The position numbers were made by a program, and so were the translations under genes. The notes under the pieces are model-generated. The model searched no databases. It saw nothing but the letters and a program-made list of their open reading frames with translations, and was not told where the DNA came from. A stretch of 64,000 nucleotides of DNA from a virus (lineage: Duplodnaviria > Heunggongvirae > Uroviricota > Caudoviricetes): the IMG/VR virus record IMGVR_UViG_2630968876_000001, positions 1 through 64,000 of that record; one strand, written 5' to 3'. This document shows, one piece after another, positions 8,460-16,960 of this stretch (its first letter is position 1; each line of letters begins with the position of its first letter).

Positions 8460-9793
8460 TCTGCGCCATCCCTGTCTTTCATAACGGATAGCATATCGGT
8501 CATAACGGATTCATCGTCGGACATAACGGATTCATCGTCGGACATGACGGATATCTCCGGCGGGATATCATCATCGTACAGGTCAGCAGTAGCCGCATAG
8601 TCAAAATTGCCGCTCAGATTGGCCTCTCCTGCGGTTTCGCCGGCGCGCATCTCTCCGTCTGCCTGGACGTCACCAAACCCGCCTTTGTCCACCAGCGCGG
8701 CAACCTCAGCACGACGCGTCTCAACAAAGGCAGCGGACGCGGCCTGTTGCCGGCGATACTCCTGCGCCTCCAGTTCCAGCTCCGCCTCGCTGACCTGGCC
8801 GCTTTCATCTACCGGCGGCTCAGCGTTCTTGAGCTCGTTTTCGAGACGTCTGGACAGAGACTCAGGCAGTTTGATGCCGTGGCGCTCGATGTACTCTGCC
8901 GTCTGCAGCAGATCCCAGTCCTCCGCCTCGCGCAGCTGGTAGGCGCGGCTGATAACCTCGCCGGCGTTATGCGTCAGCGCATGCTTCTCATTGTCGCGCC
9001 GGTTCTTATCGGTACTGCCGGCGATCGCTGCTACCCGCGTGGCGTGGTCATTAACCAGATAGCCGACCTCAATCATCAGCTTGGTCATTTTCAGGATAGG
9101 GTGTGGTCCGCCGCCGCCGTCCTCCTCCTCCCCCTTCTTTCTGCCGCTGGCCATGTTGTCGGCCTCAAGCTCAAACAGTTCTACCGCACGCGCCGTGGTG
9201 CGCTTGAGCATGTCCATGTGCGCCAGCGAGTCAAACAGCGCTGTCATGGCGCTGGCTTCCAGCCCCTCGCCCAGCACCTCTAACGCCGCTTCATAATCCT
9301 GCGGCCGCGGGTAAGCTCGCCGGTTGGCGACCAGCTTGGTTTCATGGCCTTCTTCAAAGGGTTTACCCTCGCCGCGGGGCTTGGCGGTGTGCTTCGGGCG
9401 CCCGTCACTTTGATCACCCTCATTTATGATCTTTTTGGCATGTGAAGCATTGGGCTTTTTCTTCCCGCCAGGCTGCGGCGCTGCGTCAGCGCGTGGTTCC
9501 AGCACCCCCTCCAAAGCCGCGCTGTGCCTGAGTTTGCGCCCGTTCCGGCGTATGGTGAGGTCGTCTTTTCTTGTGTGATCATTTTGATGATCAGAAGCGT
9601 GATCACCCGAATGATCATGATTGTGATCACCACTTTGATCACCCATCGCGGCCAGCGCTTTACCGTTCAGCTCCCGGCGGGCCGTGTTGAATGGCAGGTT
9701 GTAGTACTCGCAGTACTCTTTGACGGTTATCCCGCTCTCGGCCTTCTGCTCAATGAAAGCCCTTCTGTGTTCATCCCAGTTAACTTTGGACAT
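8456..9793 (-). CDS. pacA: terminase small subunit (PacA-like), with internal DH/SGDH repeat region encoded by the pac hexamer cluster
   Basis: N-terminal HTH-like MSKVNWDEHRRAFIEQKAESGITVKEYCEYYNLPFNTARRELNGK typical of TerS. Gene immediately upstream of TerL. Contains a TGATCA repeat cluster as in P1 pacA. Confidence 0.75.
   Translation of the reverse strand: MSKVNWDEHRRAFIEQKAESGITVKEYCEYYNLPFNTARRELNGKALAAMGDQSGDHNHDHSGDHASDHQNDHTRKDDLTIRRNGRKLRHSAALEGVLEPRADAAPQPGGKKKPNASHAKKIINEGDQSDGRPKHTAKPRGEGKPFEEGHETKLVANRRAYPRPQDYEAALEVLGEGLEASAMTALFDSLAHMDMLKRTTARAVELFELEADNMASGRKKGEEEDGGGGPHPILKMTKLMIEVGYLVNDHATRVAAIAGSTDKNRRDNEKHALTHNAGEVISRAYQLREAEDWDLLQTAEYIERHGIKLPESLSRRLENELKNAEPPVDESGQVSEAELELEAQEYRRQQAASAAFVETRRAEVAALVDKGGFGDVQADGEMRAGETAGEANLSGNFDYAATADLYDDDIPPEISVMSDDESVMSDDESVMTDMLSVMKDRDGAE
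8478..8565. repeat. about four tandem copies of a 21-bp unit (cataacggattcatcgtcgga) at the pacA 3' end / pacB start
   Basis: Two perfect and two degenerate copies. Encodes repeated SVMSDDE heptapeptides at the PacA-like C-terminus. Confidence 0.7.
9577..9642. repeat. pac: pac-site-like cluster of six TGATCA hexamers with exact 12-bp phasing
   Basis: GATC at 9577, 9589, 9601, 9613, 9625 and 9637. The P1 pac site is a cluster of Dam-methylated TGATCA/G hexamers inside the pacA 5' region. Confidence 0.6.
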
Positions 9794-9825
9794 GGTTTAT
9801 CGTTCAAATGAGGCCAATAAACCGG

Positions 9826-9858
9826 GATGGTAAGGAGTCTGTATTTTGCAGTGATCAC
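9826..9858 (-). promoter_or_regulatory. late-promoter-like conserved motif upstream of pacA, followed by two more 12-bp-spaced TGATCA hexamers
   Basis: ggtaaggagtctgtattttgcagTGATCAcaataaTGATCAc. The first half matches the GGTAAGGAGTYTGTAATTTGC family found upstream of five other minus-strand operons; ~45 bp from the pacA start. Confidence 0.4.
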
Positions 9859-9882
9859 AATAATGATCACGAAGCGCGCAAA

Positions 9883-9903
9883 CGCATCTGAATTTGTCAG
9901 ATG
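9883..9903. promoter_or_regulatory. palindromic operator-like site upstream of parM (candidate parC/ParR-binding or promoter operator)
   Basis: GCATCTGA-atttg-TCAGATGC: 8-bp inverted arms, ~75 bp upstream of the parM-like start. Confidence 0.35.
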
Positions 9904-9978
9904 CAGAGACACTTTTATAAAAAACTGTGTTATTTTTATGTCTCAATCGAAGTGCGAAATTAACCATTGGGTAAATAA

Positions 9979-11106
9979 ATGTCTAACAAGAAAGCAGTTT
10001 TAGTAGCAGTGGATGCTGGTTCCGGAAACGTGACTATCGCCTATGAGGAAAAAGGTCAGTGGGTCTCTCGTATCACGCCATCCCTCGTTGAAGTAGGCCA
10101 CCAGCAGTCTATTTCCAGCAACGCCTCCTCTATCTGGCTGACAGAAGGCGACTTTGGCAAAGAGACCGCATACACCGTCGTTAAAAAGGGCTTTACCGAC
10201 CTCTACGACACCTGCGACCCGGACTATCAGATCTCCGCGCCTCACCGCGTGCTGGTGCATGAATGCCTGAAACGCGCGGGTATCGTGGACTGCGACGTTA
10301 TTCTTGGTGAGACGCTGCCTATCGGGCAGTACTACAGCGGCAACGGCGTGATCAATCAGGCGCGCATTGATAAGAAAGTTGCCAGCCTCAAAAAGCCAGT
10401 ACGCAACTACAGCGACGACGTACAGCCAGCGCGCATTAAACACGTACAGGTATTCCCGGAAGCAATCCCGGCTATTCTGGCGGCTCAATCTGAGTTCCCG
10501 GAGCTGGAAGAAGAAGCGCAGACCATTCTGGTAGTGGATATTGGCCGCTTCACCTGTGATATCGCTATCGTGGATGAAGAACTGGTTCCAATCAAAAAGG
10601 CCAGCTTTGAGCATGGCATTCAGAAGATGATCAACCGCGTTCGCGTATTGCTGCAGGAGTTTGAAGTCACCTCTGGCCGCTCTTTTAATGCAGAAGAGAT
10701 CCCGCCAGGTGCAATCGACGACATTATCCGTCAGGGCTATATCGGCTCACGTCTGGAAGCAGCAAAAGCCAAGCGTATCGACGTCACCAGCGTAATTAAT
10801 CAGGCCGCAGGCGAGCTGGCAGCGGAAATCTGGCGCGACGTGCGCTCTCTGCTGCGTAACGCCATTGCGGTTGATGCAGTGCTGGTGGTAGGTGGCGGCG
10901 CTAACTATCTGGCTGGCCGTCAGGAAGGGCTGACCGACTTTACAGCGGGCTGGCATGATGTGGTCATGGTGCCGGAGAACCCGGAAGAGGCTAACGCACG
11001 CGGCGTATTCATTGCACTGATGGATGCAGAAGATGAATTGCGCGATATGGTAAAAGACGCCAGCAACGTCAGCGATATTACCAGTCGCGTCAGCGATAAA
11101 GGTTAA
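9979..11106 (+). CDS. parM: ParM/StbA-family actin-like plasmid segregation ATPase
   Basis: N-terminal phosphate-1 motif VLVAVDAGSGNVTIAY, phosphate-2 VDIGRFTCDIAIV, adenosine motif VLVVGGGANYLAG; 375 aa. Confidence 0.85.
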   Translation: MSNKKAVLVAVDAGSGNVTIAYEEKGQWVSRITPSLVEVGHQQSISSNASSIWLTEGDFGKETAYTVVKKGFTDLYDTCDPDYQISAPHRVLVHECLKRAGIVDCDVILGETLPIGQYYSGNGVINQARIDKKVASLKKPVRNYSDDVQPARIKHVQVFPEAIPAILAAQSEFPELEEEAQTILVVDIGRFTCDIAIVDEELVPIKKASFEHGIQKMINRVRVLLQEFEVTSGRSFNAEEIPPGAIDDIIRQGYIGSRLEAAKAKRIDVTSVINQAAGELAAEIWRDVRSLLRNAIAVDAVLVVGGGANYLAGRQEGLTDFTAGWHDVVMVPENPEEANARGVFIALMDAEDELRDMVKDASNVSDITSRVSDKG

Positions 11107-11108
11107 TC

Positions 11109-11690
11109 ATGAGTCAGGTATTAAGAATTGTAGGCCTGGAAGAAGATGGGCTTTTCGGTTCCGCCGTTTTAAAGTCATACAATGGTCTGGCAAGCCACAG
11201 CCATAAGCGTAACTATCTGGCGCGCATAGTGCGCAACGGGTACGCAGTGGATGAAATGGGGCTTAGCACCCTTATTGAGCTGATACAGACGACTGACGGC
11301 AAAAAGTTCATGAAGATGAACCAGCGCGACCGTATGAAGCGCCTGTTGAGCCTGATTAACGTCGTTATGTGTGAAGATGTACCGGAGCTGCCGGAGTCAG
11401 ACGTACAGCCTGCGCCTGCGCCAGTGGTAAAGGCCGCGCCAGCCCCTGCAGAGCCACCAGCTGCAGCCCCGGTCTCACAGCCGGAACCCGTGGCCACCGT
11501 AAGCGAGCCAGAGCCGGACCCGGTGCCACCAGCAGAGCCGGTAGCCGAAGCCAGTAAGCCTGAAGAGAAACCGTCTGCATCAGTTGCCCCTGACGCAGAT
11601 TCTGAAGGTGAAGCGAAGGTGTTTGGCGCAACGCGCAAAAAGTCGGGTAAAGGGCGCAGCCTGATAAACCCGGCAGGCGCGAAAAGCTGA
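11109..11690 (+). CDS. possible ParR-like adaptor protein with a PAPAP/PEP-rich C-terminal tail
   Basis: Starts 3 bp after the parM stop (ParMRC gene order). No motif recognised; proline/alanine/glutamate-rich low-complexity C-terminus. Confidence 0.35.
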   Translation: MSQVLRIVGLEEDGLFGSAVLKSYNGLASHSHKRNYLARIVRNGYAVDEMGLSTLIELIQTTDGKKFMKMNQRDRMKRLLSLINVVMCEDVPELPESDVQPAPAPVVKAAPAPAEPPAAAPVSQPEPVATVSEPEPDPVPPAEPVAEASKPEEKPSASVAPDADSEGEAKVFGATRKKSGKGRSLINPAGAKS

Positions 11691-11710
11691 TCCTGCCTTC
11701 TCCACCCCGT

Positions 11711-12118
11711 TCACATGAGCGGGGTGTTTTCTATCCTTCCCCGCATACACCTGTCCATTAGTTCCCTTGCCATCACGCATACAGAACGTAGCTCCATTTC
11801 CTTTGACTGGAGGCGGCGCTTCGTGGCGCTGGTAACAACCAGCGAATCGTAGTCAATGTCCGGGCGTCCGCGCGCTTTGAAGGTGTAGCCTTTTAACGCA
11901 TCCAGGCGGTACTGACGTGGATAAGCGTCAGGGTGTACGCAGCATTGCGCAAAAGGAGAGCGGACAAAAGAGCGCAGAATATTAGTGATGATACCGGGAT
12001 TGACTAATAAGTGCGGGTACTTTGCTTCCACCAGCCGGGTAACCTCTGCTACCGTCATATAATCACGATTGCGAACCAGCAGATCCGCCACCTCTATACT
12101 GCTCACCTTTTTGACCAT
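11711..12118 (-). CDS. hypothetical protein, 135 aa
   Basis: ORF with AT-rich upstream region containing tttaga motifs; no motif recognised. Confidence 0.4.
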   Translation of the reverse strand: MVKKVSSIEVADLLVRNRDYMTVAEVTRLVEAKYPHLLVNPGIITNILRSFVRSPFAQCCVHPDAYPRQYRLDALKGYTFKARGRPDIDYDSLVVTSATKRRLQSKEMELRSVCVMARELMDRCMRGRIENTPLM

Positions 12119-12434
12119 GTATCGCTCCGCTACGAAAACAATACATGCAATTCTAAATGATGTGAATTTTGCGTGGATTACAAAACGCGCATTTTAGAGT
12201 TTTCCCATTCAGATTTTCTTTGTGCTATGAATTTTTTACGTCTGGCTGGTTTAAGGTTGGTTAAGGTTAAGGGCTGTAATGAGGGATGGAAGCAGAGCGT
12301 AAATAGTGCTGTGCGGAGTGAATTATCTAAAATTAGTACCAAATAAAATTGAATTTTTCTACTTTGGGGTATGCGTTCCCTAAAGACTATTTTAGAAACC
12401 TGTATTCAGGGCTGGTTCAGCCAGCCCATCCAGA

Positions 12435-12833
12435 TCAGCGGTAGCTTTTCAGCAGGTGGCTAACAGTGTTCGACCAGTTTGTTACAGTGTCACGGGCTAA
12501 GCGGTGGACAACCTGGCTGTAAAGGTTATCCGGCAACGGTTCCCCGGCTTCATCCTCAAACCGTAATCCTTCTGTCGTGCCTGGCTTACTCATATTCACA
12601 CTGTAATCAAACTTGCCCGTTGCCCCGTACATGCCTATCTGCTGCTGAGCCTGCCAGGTAAAGCGCACGCCACACCCTTTCCTGATCTCAAACACTACGG
12701 TCCCTTCCACCAGCATCGCTGACTGCTTCTCACCTGTAGGCAGTGACTTATTGCGGCATGCCACCGATGTGACTTTGCAGTGATCCGCGCGCCAGCCCAG
12801 CAGCTCCAGCCCTTTGAGTTTTACCGTCTCCAT
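12435..12833 (-). CDS. hypothetical protein, 132 aa
   Basis: ORF followed by a palindrome gggctggttcagccagccc (12404-12430); start overlaps the upstream gene's stop. Confidence 0.45.
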   Translation of the reverse strand: METVKLKGLELLGWRADHCKVTSVACRNKSLPTGEKQSAMLVEGTVVFEIRKGCGVRFTWQAQQQIGMYGATGKFDYSVNMSKPGTTEGLRFEDEAGEPLPDNLYSQVVHRLARDTVTNWSNTVSHLLKSYR

Positions 12834-13411
12834 TAAATCAGTCTCCAGTCGCTTGCCAGCAGATCGGCGGTTACGGGCGTCCAGTCAGCCGTTGTCAGCT
12901 GCTCGGTGTTGGTCAGCACGAACTGAGGCATGCGCGTTACGGACGCCTGCGGATCGTGGTCAAAGAATCGCGCCGGCACGCCGTACATATCGGTGCCGTT
13001 CAGCGGGTGCCGTGTGGTGCCTCTGCTGAGGCGCAGATGCATTCCCTCTCCCCACGCTTTACGTGCCACTTTTGCGCCGTCAGAGAGCCACACATGCGCT
13101 ACGGCCATAGGCGCGCCCTCTTCCCTGAATTTCAGCATGCCCTCGTCTATCAGCTGCTCGTTGCGCAGGATCAGATCGTTCAGCTTCAGCATGGCCAGAC
13201 AGGCAGCATGATTAAGCGATTCCCCGCGGGCGGTCATGGTCAGTGCGCCTTTGCTCACCGTGGCTGACCAGTCTGTTGCGGTCTGTGACTGATGCGTTAC
13301 CACAAAGCCCAGGTGCTCCAGAGCGTTCAGCAGCGCCATATAGTCGCCGGTATAGTTGCCCGCAGCGCCGGCAATCATGCCAATCATTTCGTTTATTTGT
13401 TGATCGTTCAT
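12833..13411 (-). CDS. hypothetical protein, 192 aa
   Basis: ORF in the same minus-strand block, with stop/start overlap with the downstream gene. Confidence 0.5.
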   Translation of the reverse strand: MNDQQINEMIGMIAGAAGNYTGDYMALLNALEHLGFVVTHQSQTATDWSATVSKGALTMTARGESLNHAACLAMLKLNDLILRNEQLIDEGMLKFREEGAPMAVAHVWLSDGAKVARKAWGEGMHLRLSRGTTRHPLNGTDMYGVPARFFDHDPQASVTRMPQFVLTNTEQLTTADWTPVTADLLASDWRLI

Positions 13412-13414
13412 CGT

Positions 13415-13720
13415 TTAGTGGCCTCGTTTGGTTTTGCGCTTATGGGCGCTCTGTCTGCGCTTCTGCGCGGCCTGTCGTTTACGTTCGCGGTGCTGCTGCG
13501 CTTCTTCTACGCTGGTGGCCAGCCGCTGTATTCCTTCCTCGGCGGTCAGCTGCGGGCGGTCCGGCAGCTGCAGCGACCTGACCTGCAGCACGGGAACGGT
13601 GGGCGGCCGGCGCGCCAGCCAGGTGAGACTTCCCATCAATGCGCCCATCAGTGCGATCTTTTTCATGCTCTCTCTCTGTCGTGCAGGCGTGCAGAATCCC
13701 CGGCGATTGCCGGTGATCAA
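13415..13720 (-). CDS. small secreted basic protein, 101 aa
   Basis: N-terminal signal-peptide-like MKKIALMGALMGSLTWLA; C-terminus very basic (KRRQSAHKRKTKRGH). Confidence 0.4.
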   Translation of the reverse strand: MITGNRRGFCTPARQRESMKKIALMGALMGSLTWLARRPPTVPVLQVRSLQLPDRPQLTAEEGIQRLATSVEEAQQHRERKRQAAQKRRQSAHKRKTKRGH

Positions 13721-13806
13721 AATTCACCTGATTAATTCCGGCGCCGGGTGCGCACGGGGATGTTCTGAGGCCTGTCCCGGCGACTGGCCGGGTGGCTATG
13801 TAGGCA

Positions 13807-13908
13807 TTGTGCTGGCCGGATTTGAACCGGCGACCTTTCGCTTGTCCCTTTAACCGCCCTGCAGGCCGAATAAAAGAGCGAACGCTGCTGCCGCTGAGCT
13901 ACAACACA
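13807..13908 (-). ncRNA. tRNA-like element #1 with a ~29-nt insertion where the anticodon loop should be
   Basis: Minus strand reads acceptor TGTGTTG, D-arm GCT-CAGCGGC-AGC, anticodon-stem strands TTCGC ... GCGAA (perfect 5 bp) enclosing 36 nt, variable loop AGGTC, T-arm GCCGG-TTCAAAT-CCGGC, acceptor CAGCACA-A. No encoded CCA. Confidence 0.4.
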
Positions 13909-14351
13909 ACGATAAAAGCCCGTCTGCCGGTGCTCTTACCTGTTGGCCTGTATCAGCTGGCCACCAGCTGTGCGATCAGCCATTTATGACCGGCAAACAG
14001 TCCGGCATTCAGCAGCAGATGAAACATGACAAACTGCATCGCTCTGACTGTTTTGATGTACATGCTGGTGTCCATACTGCCTAAACCCTGATTAACTGAC
14101 TGAATTGTTCTAATCATGCCTGAATTTTCATGTCAGCGCTTATGCGTGCGTATCTGTTAGGCGTTAGTGGTGGCCGGTGCCATACCCGGCAAGTAACCTC
14201 TCAAGCGACTGGTCAACTCGGTTACTGGCGGCTTAAACCCCTATGCGGTGCGATTGATGAAGCGGGGGCCAGTCTTGCGATCGCAGCAGCAACTGCGAAT
14301 GCACCACAACGGAGAGAGCACTGAGCGGCTAATGCGCTTTCCTGTTGTGAA

Positions 14352-14375
14352 GTAAAAGGCCTCCGGAGAGGCCGG
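14352..14375 (-). terminator. rho-independent terminator after the SPFH lipoprotein gene
   Basis: On the minus strand: ggcctctccggaggcc hairpin followed by TTTT, just after the stop at 14382. Confidence 0.65.
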
Positions 14376-14381
14376 GTAATG

Positions 14382-15221
14382 CTATTTAACGCCGATAAAA
14401 GGCATTGGTGCGCTGTTGCCCATGTACTGCGGCAGCGTGCCATTCCACTTATTAATACCTTCCAGCTGCAGTACTTCCGGATTTTGGCGCAGTGCCTCAC
14501 CGCGCATGGCGATAGCGGCAGATTCAGCTTTAGCGTGCAGCATAGTTGCATCAGCTTCACCGCGGGCAATCTCGATGGCTTTCTGTGCTTCGGCTTTTGA
14601 CTGCTGAATTTCGTTTTCACGCAGCAGAGCGCGTTGAGTCGCCTCAATCTTCGCGTTAATCGACTCTTTTACCTTCGGCGGATATTCCAGATCGCTAATC
14701 CATGACAGCTTAACGATGCGAATACCCAGCGGATCGAGTTTGGATTTCAGATCGCCAGTGACCGCGTTCAGTAGCTCGGTTTTACCACCAGCAGCCAGAG
14801 AGTTAATATCCATGCGGCCGGAATGATTGATTAACGCATCGCTGATGTTCTGGCGAATGTTAATGTCGGTGATCTCTTCAACGCCTTTCCGGTACTTCTG
14901 AAAAATGGACGTTACTTTGGTCGGATCAACGTAATACTCAACGCCTACCTTTGCTTTGATATCCATTGAGTCCGCTGTCTGGAAAACAAACGGCACATCA
15001 TAGTTGTGCAGCTGGTTGAACGTCGGGAACTGATAGATTTCCTCGTTCATTGACAACCAGTAACGCCCGGTGCCGACTTCCTGCTGCTGGACACCCTTTT
15101 CATCGCCATACAGCTCAACTTTAACGCCCACAAAGCCCGTCGGCACGGTTACGCGATCGCAGCCAGAAAGTAGCAGAGACGCACCAATAGCCAGTGAAGC
15201 CAGTGCTAATTTAGTTTTCAC
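14382..15221 (-). CDS. SPFH/band-7 (prohibitin/HflKC-like) domain lipoprotein
   Basis: Lipobox LLSGC after a signal peptide. SPFH-like core (...FVFQTADSMDIKAKVGVEYYVDPTKVTSIFQKY...) and a C-terminal coiled-coil segment (QRALLRENEIQQSKAEAQKAIEIARGEADA). Confidence 0.7.
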   Translation of the reverse strand: MKTKLALASLAIGASLLLSGCDRVTVPTGFVGVKVELYGDEKGVQQQEVGTGRYWLSMNEEIYQFPTFNQLHNYDVPFVFQTADSMDIKAKVGVEYYVDPTKVTSIFQKYRKGVEEITDINIRQNISDALINHSGRMDINSLAAGGKTELLNAVTGDLKSKLDPLGIRIVKLSWISDLEYPPKVKESINAKIEATQRALLRENEIQQSKAEAQKAIEIARGEADATMLHAKAESAAIAMRGEALRQNPEVLQLEGINKWNGTLPQYMGNSAPMPFIGVK

Positions 15222-15438
15222 GCTTCGTTGCCTTACTCAGTTGATTAGAAATAACGTGCATAACGTGCTTGAGCCATTTGAGGATTAGCCATGCATAAAT
15301 CGGCATAGTGGCCAGCACAATGAATCCGGCTATGCAAAGAACGGTGTCTTTACTGGATATCAACCACGGGGCAGCGTGGCCGTAAGCCATGAATCCGACA
15401 AAAATCAGGCAAATAAATCTCAGGTAAAAGCTAATCAA
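15211..15438 (-). CDS. small two-TM membrane protein, 75 aa, overlapping the start of the SPFH gene
   Basis: Hydrophobic segments ICLIFVGFMAYGHAAPWLI and LCIAGFIVLATMPIYAWLIL; 11-bp overlap with the SPFH gene suggests an operon. Confidence 0.45.
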   Translation of the reverse strand: MISFYLRFICLIFVGFMAYGHAAPWLISSKDTVLCIAGFIVLATMPIYAWLILKWLKHVMHVISNQLSKATKREN

Positions 15439-15696
15439 ACTGCGTCCTCAAAGGTAATGCATACAGAGAGGGACACTGCGTAAAACAGAGCAACGCCCTT
15501 TTCTGCAGGTACTACCGGCGACGCTTTATCTTCGCATCACTGCGACAGGCTTTGATAACCGTTTCAAAGCCGTAAATGACCACCAGCGTGTAAATGATGG
15601 TGAGGCCTGGATGCTCTGCAGCAAACGCTAAAAACGGCATATCGTGTCCTGTCTGTTAGGGATGCTGTCTCTGATGCAACTGGTCTGTACTGAAAC

Positions 15697-15780
15697 TGGC
15701 AGTGACGGCTGGATTTGAACCAGCGACCTTCCGTACTCCTGAGTTAAAGCCGGACGCTCATTCCCCTGAGCTACATCACC
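15697..15780 (-). tRNA. tRNA-like element #2 (encoded CCA end; canonical D- and T-arms; non-canonical anticodon/variable region)
   Basis: Minus strand: GGTGATG-TA-GCTC-AGGGGAAT-GAGC-G-TCCGG-CTTTAAC-TCAGG-AGTACGGAAGGTC-GCTGG-TTCAAAT-CCAGC-CGTCACT-G-CCA. Read conventionally, the loop CTTTAAC would give anticodon UUA with a weak stem and a 13-nt variable region. Alternatively an enlarged 15-17-nt loop closed by TCCG/ACGGA. Confidence 0.4.
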
Positions 15781-16492
15781 ATAAACGGGTTGCTGTGATC
15801 GGTTTCCGTTAGCGCGATTGTTCAATGAGGCGGGAGTGAAACCCGCTTTGCCTTCGCAGCCCATCGCTGACCGCCAGCGTCGATTCGCCGGCAGGGCTTT
15901 CGCCCCGTGGATTGACTCCACAACTCCTACGGTGTGTTAAAGCAATCACCACAACGGCTGAGAGCACTGACCCCCTGCCCGGATAACGGAGCCTTTACCA
16001 GTCTCCGCCCAGTGCTCTCACCGTTGCGTGCCGGTCTTTCCCGGCTGTCACGAACTTTTTTGAGGTCTGCCGCTGACCCTGCCCTGCCACCAGCCAAATC
16101 AGCCAGTAAGCAGCGCGTCGCCTGGTGTTGACGTGTAGTGCATGGGGGGCTGGTGCCTCCAGCTGTCCGATACGGAACCTACGGACGGGATTTACCAAGA
16201 GTATATATCTGAGTTCCGCCCCGCGTGCGCATAGCCGCATTCCCCCATTTGTGAGCGTGCTGTCAGAGGCAGTTACACCCGTCGCCAGGCAGCAAGAGGA
16301 TGCCAGCACGCTCACAAATGGCGATCCCTTACGGGGATCAGGCGGGAGCTTGTTTAAGCCTCACGGGGCGTTCTATGCGCGGGATAGTCCAAAACCGCGT
16401 TCACTGCCGTGACAGGAGGGGCTACATGCCGTTCACCCTACTCATAACATGCCCGGAAAATCTGGAGACTACCGGGAGCGGCCCGTTACGAA

Positions 16493-16557
16493 CTGGTGCA
16501 GGCTGGCGGGATCGAACCGCCGACTATGAAACACTCTGCCGACTGAGCTAAGCCTGC
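16493..16557 (-). ncRNA. tRNA-like element #3 (acceptor stem, D-arm, T-arm and encoded CCA present; anticodon arm missing about 11 nt)
   Basis: Minus strand: GCAGGCT-TA-GCTC-AGTCGGCA-GAGT-GTTTCATAGTC-GGCGG-TTCGATC-CCGCC-AGCCTGC-A-CCA. Only 11 nt lie between the D- and T-arms. Confidence 0.4.
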
Positions 16558-16733
16558 TGAATTGGTGCCGGTGCATACCCGGCGCGGACACTTAGGCGTC
16601 TGGTCAACCTGTCCGCTTGCGTAAACAAAAGGGAAGAACCACCCCTGCCAGATTTGCATTGCGTCTGCCTCGCTGCTGAATCCTCTCTCCGATTCAGCCG
16701 TGAGCACACATCATGCGCTCACGGTTAAACCTG

Positions 16734-16758
16734 AAAAAAAGCCCGAAAACTATCGGGC
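16734..16758 (-). terminator. rho-independent terminator (minus strand)
   Basis: gcccgaaaactatcgggc hairpin preceded on the plus strand by an A7 run (T-run on minus). Confidence 0.6.
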
Positions 16759-16937
16759 ATTAAATGTTACCAACCAATATAAAGCGCACTCACAAAATGC
16801 GCTTTAGAGTGGGAAAAAAGACAGGCTAAACAAAATGTTACCGTCCAGCCTGATTGCACTAAATTTTTAAAGCCACGATGTTACAGCGAGAAGAAATGTA
16901 CACAAAAATACGGAAACAATCAATTAAAAATGGCTCT

Positions 16938-16960
16938 GTATTTTAGAAATGTATGTGTTT
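16938..16960. promoter_or_regulatory. C1-operator-like motif (TATTTTAGAAATGTATGTGTTT), upstream (minus sense) of tRNA-like element #3
   Basis: Member of the ATTTATTTAGAAWTRTGTG motif family, in an AT-rich non-coding stretch. Confidence 0.35.

Noticed and set aside
11365-11638. Minus-strand ORFs overlapping the ParR-like gene (141 and 88 aa)
   Set aside because: Antisense to the PAPAP-rich low-complexity coding region; repeat-driven spurious ORFs.
13807-13908. Reading tRNA-like element #1 as a class II tRNA (Ser/Leu) with a long variable arm
   Set aside because: The 36 nt between the TTCGC/GCGAA strands cannot be arranged into a canonical 7-nt anticodon loop plus variable stem. A normal 5-nt variable loop AGGTC is already present before the T-arm.
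16486-16707. 73-aa minus-strand ORF
   Set aside because: Overlaps tRNA-like element #3 and a terminator hairpin; no RBS; likely non-coding.
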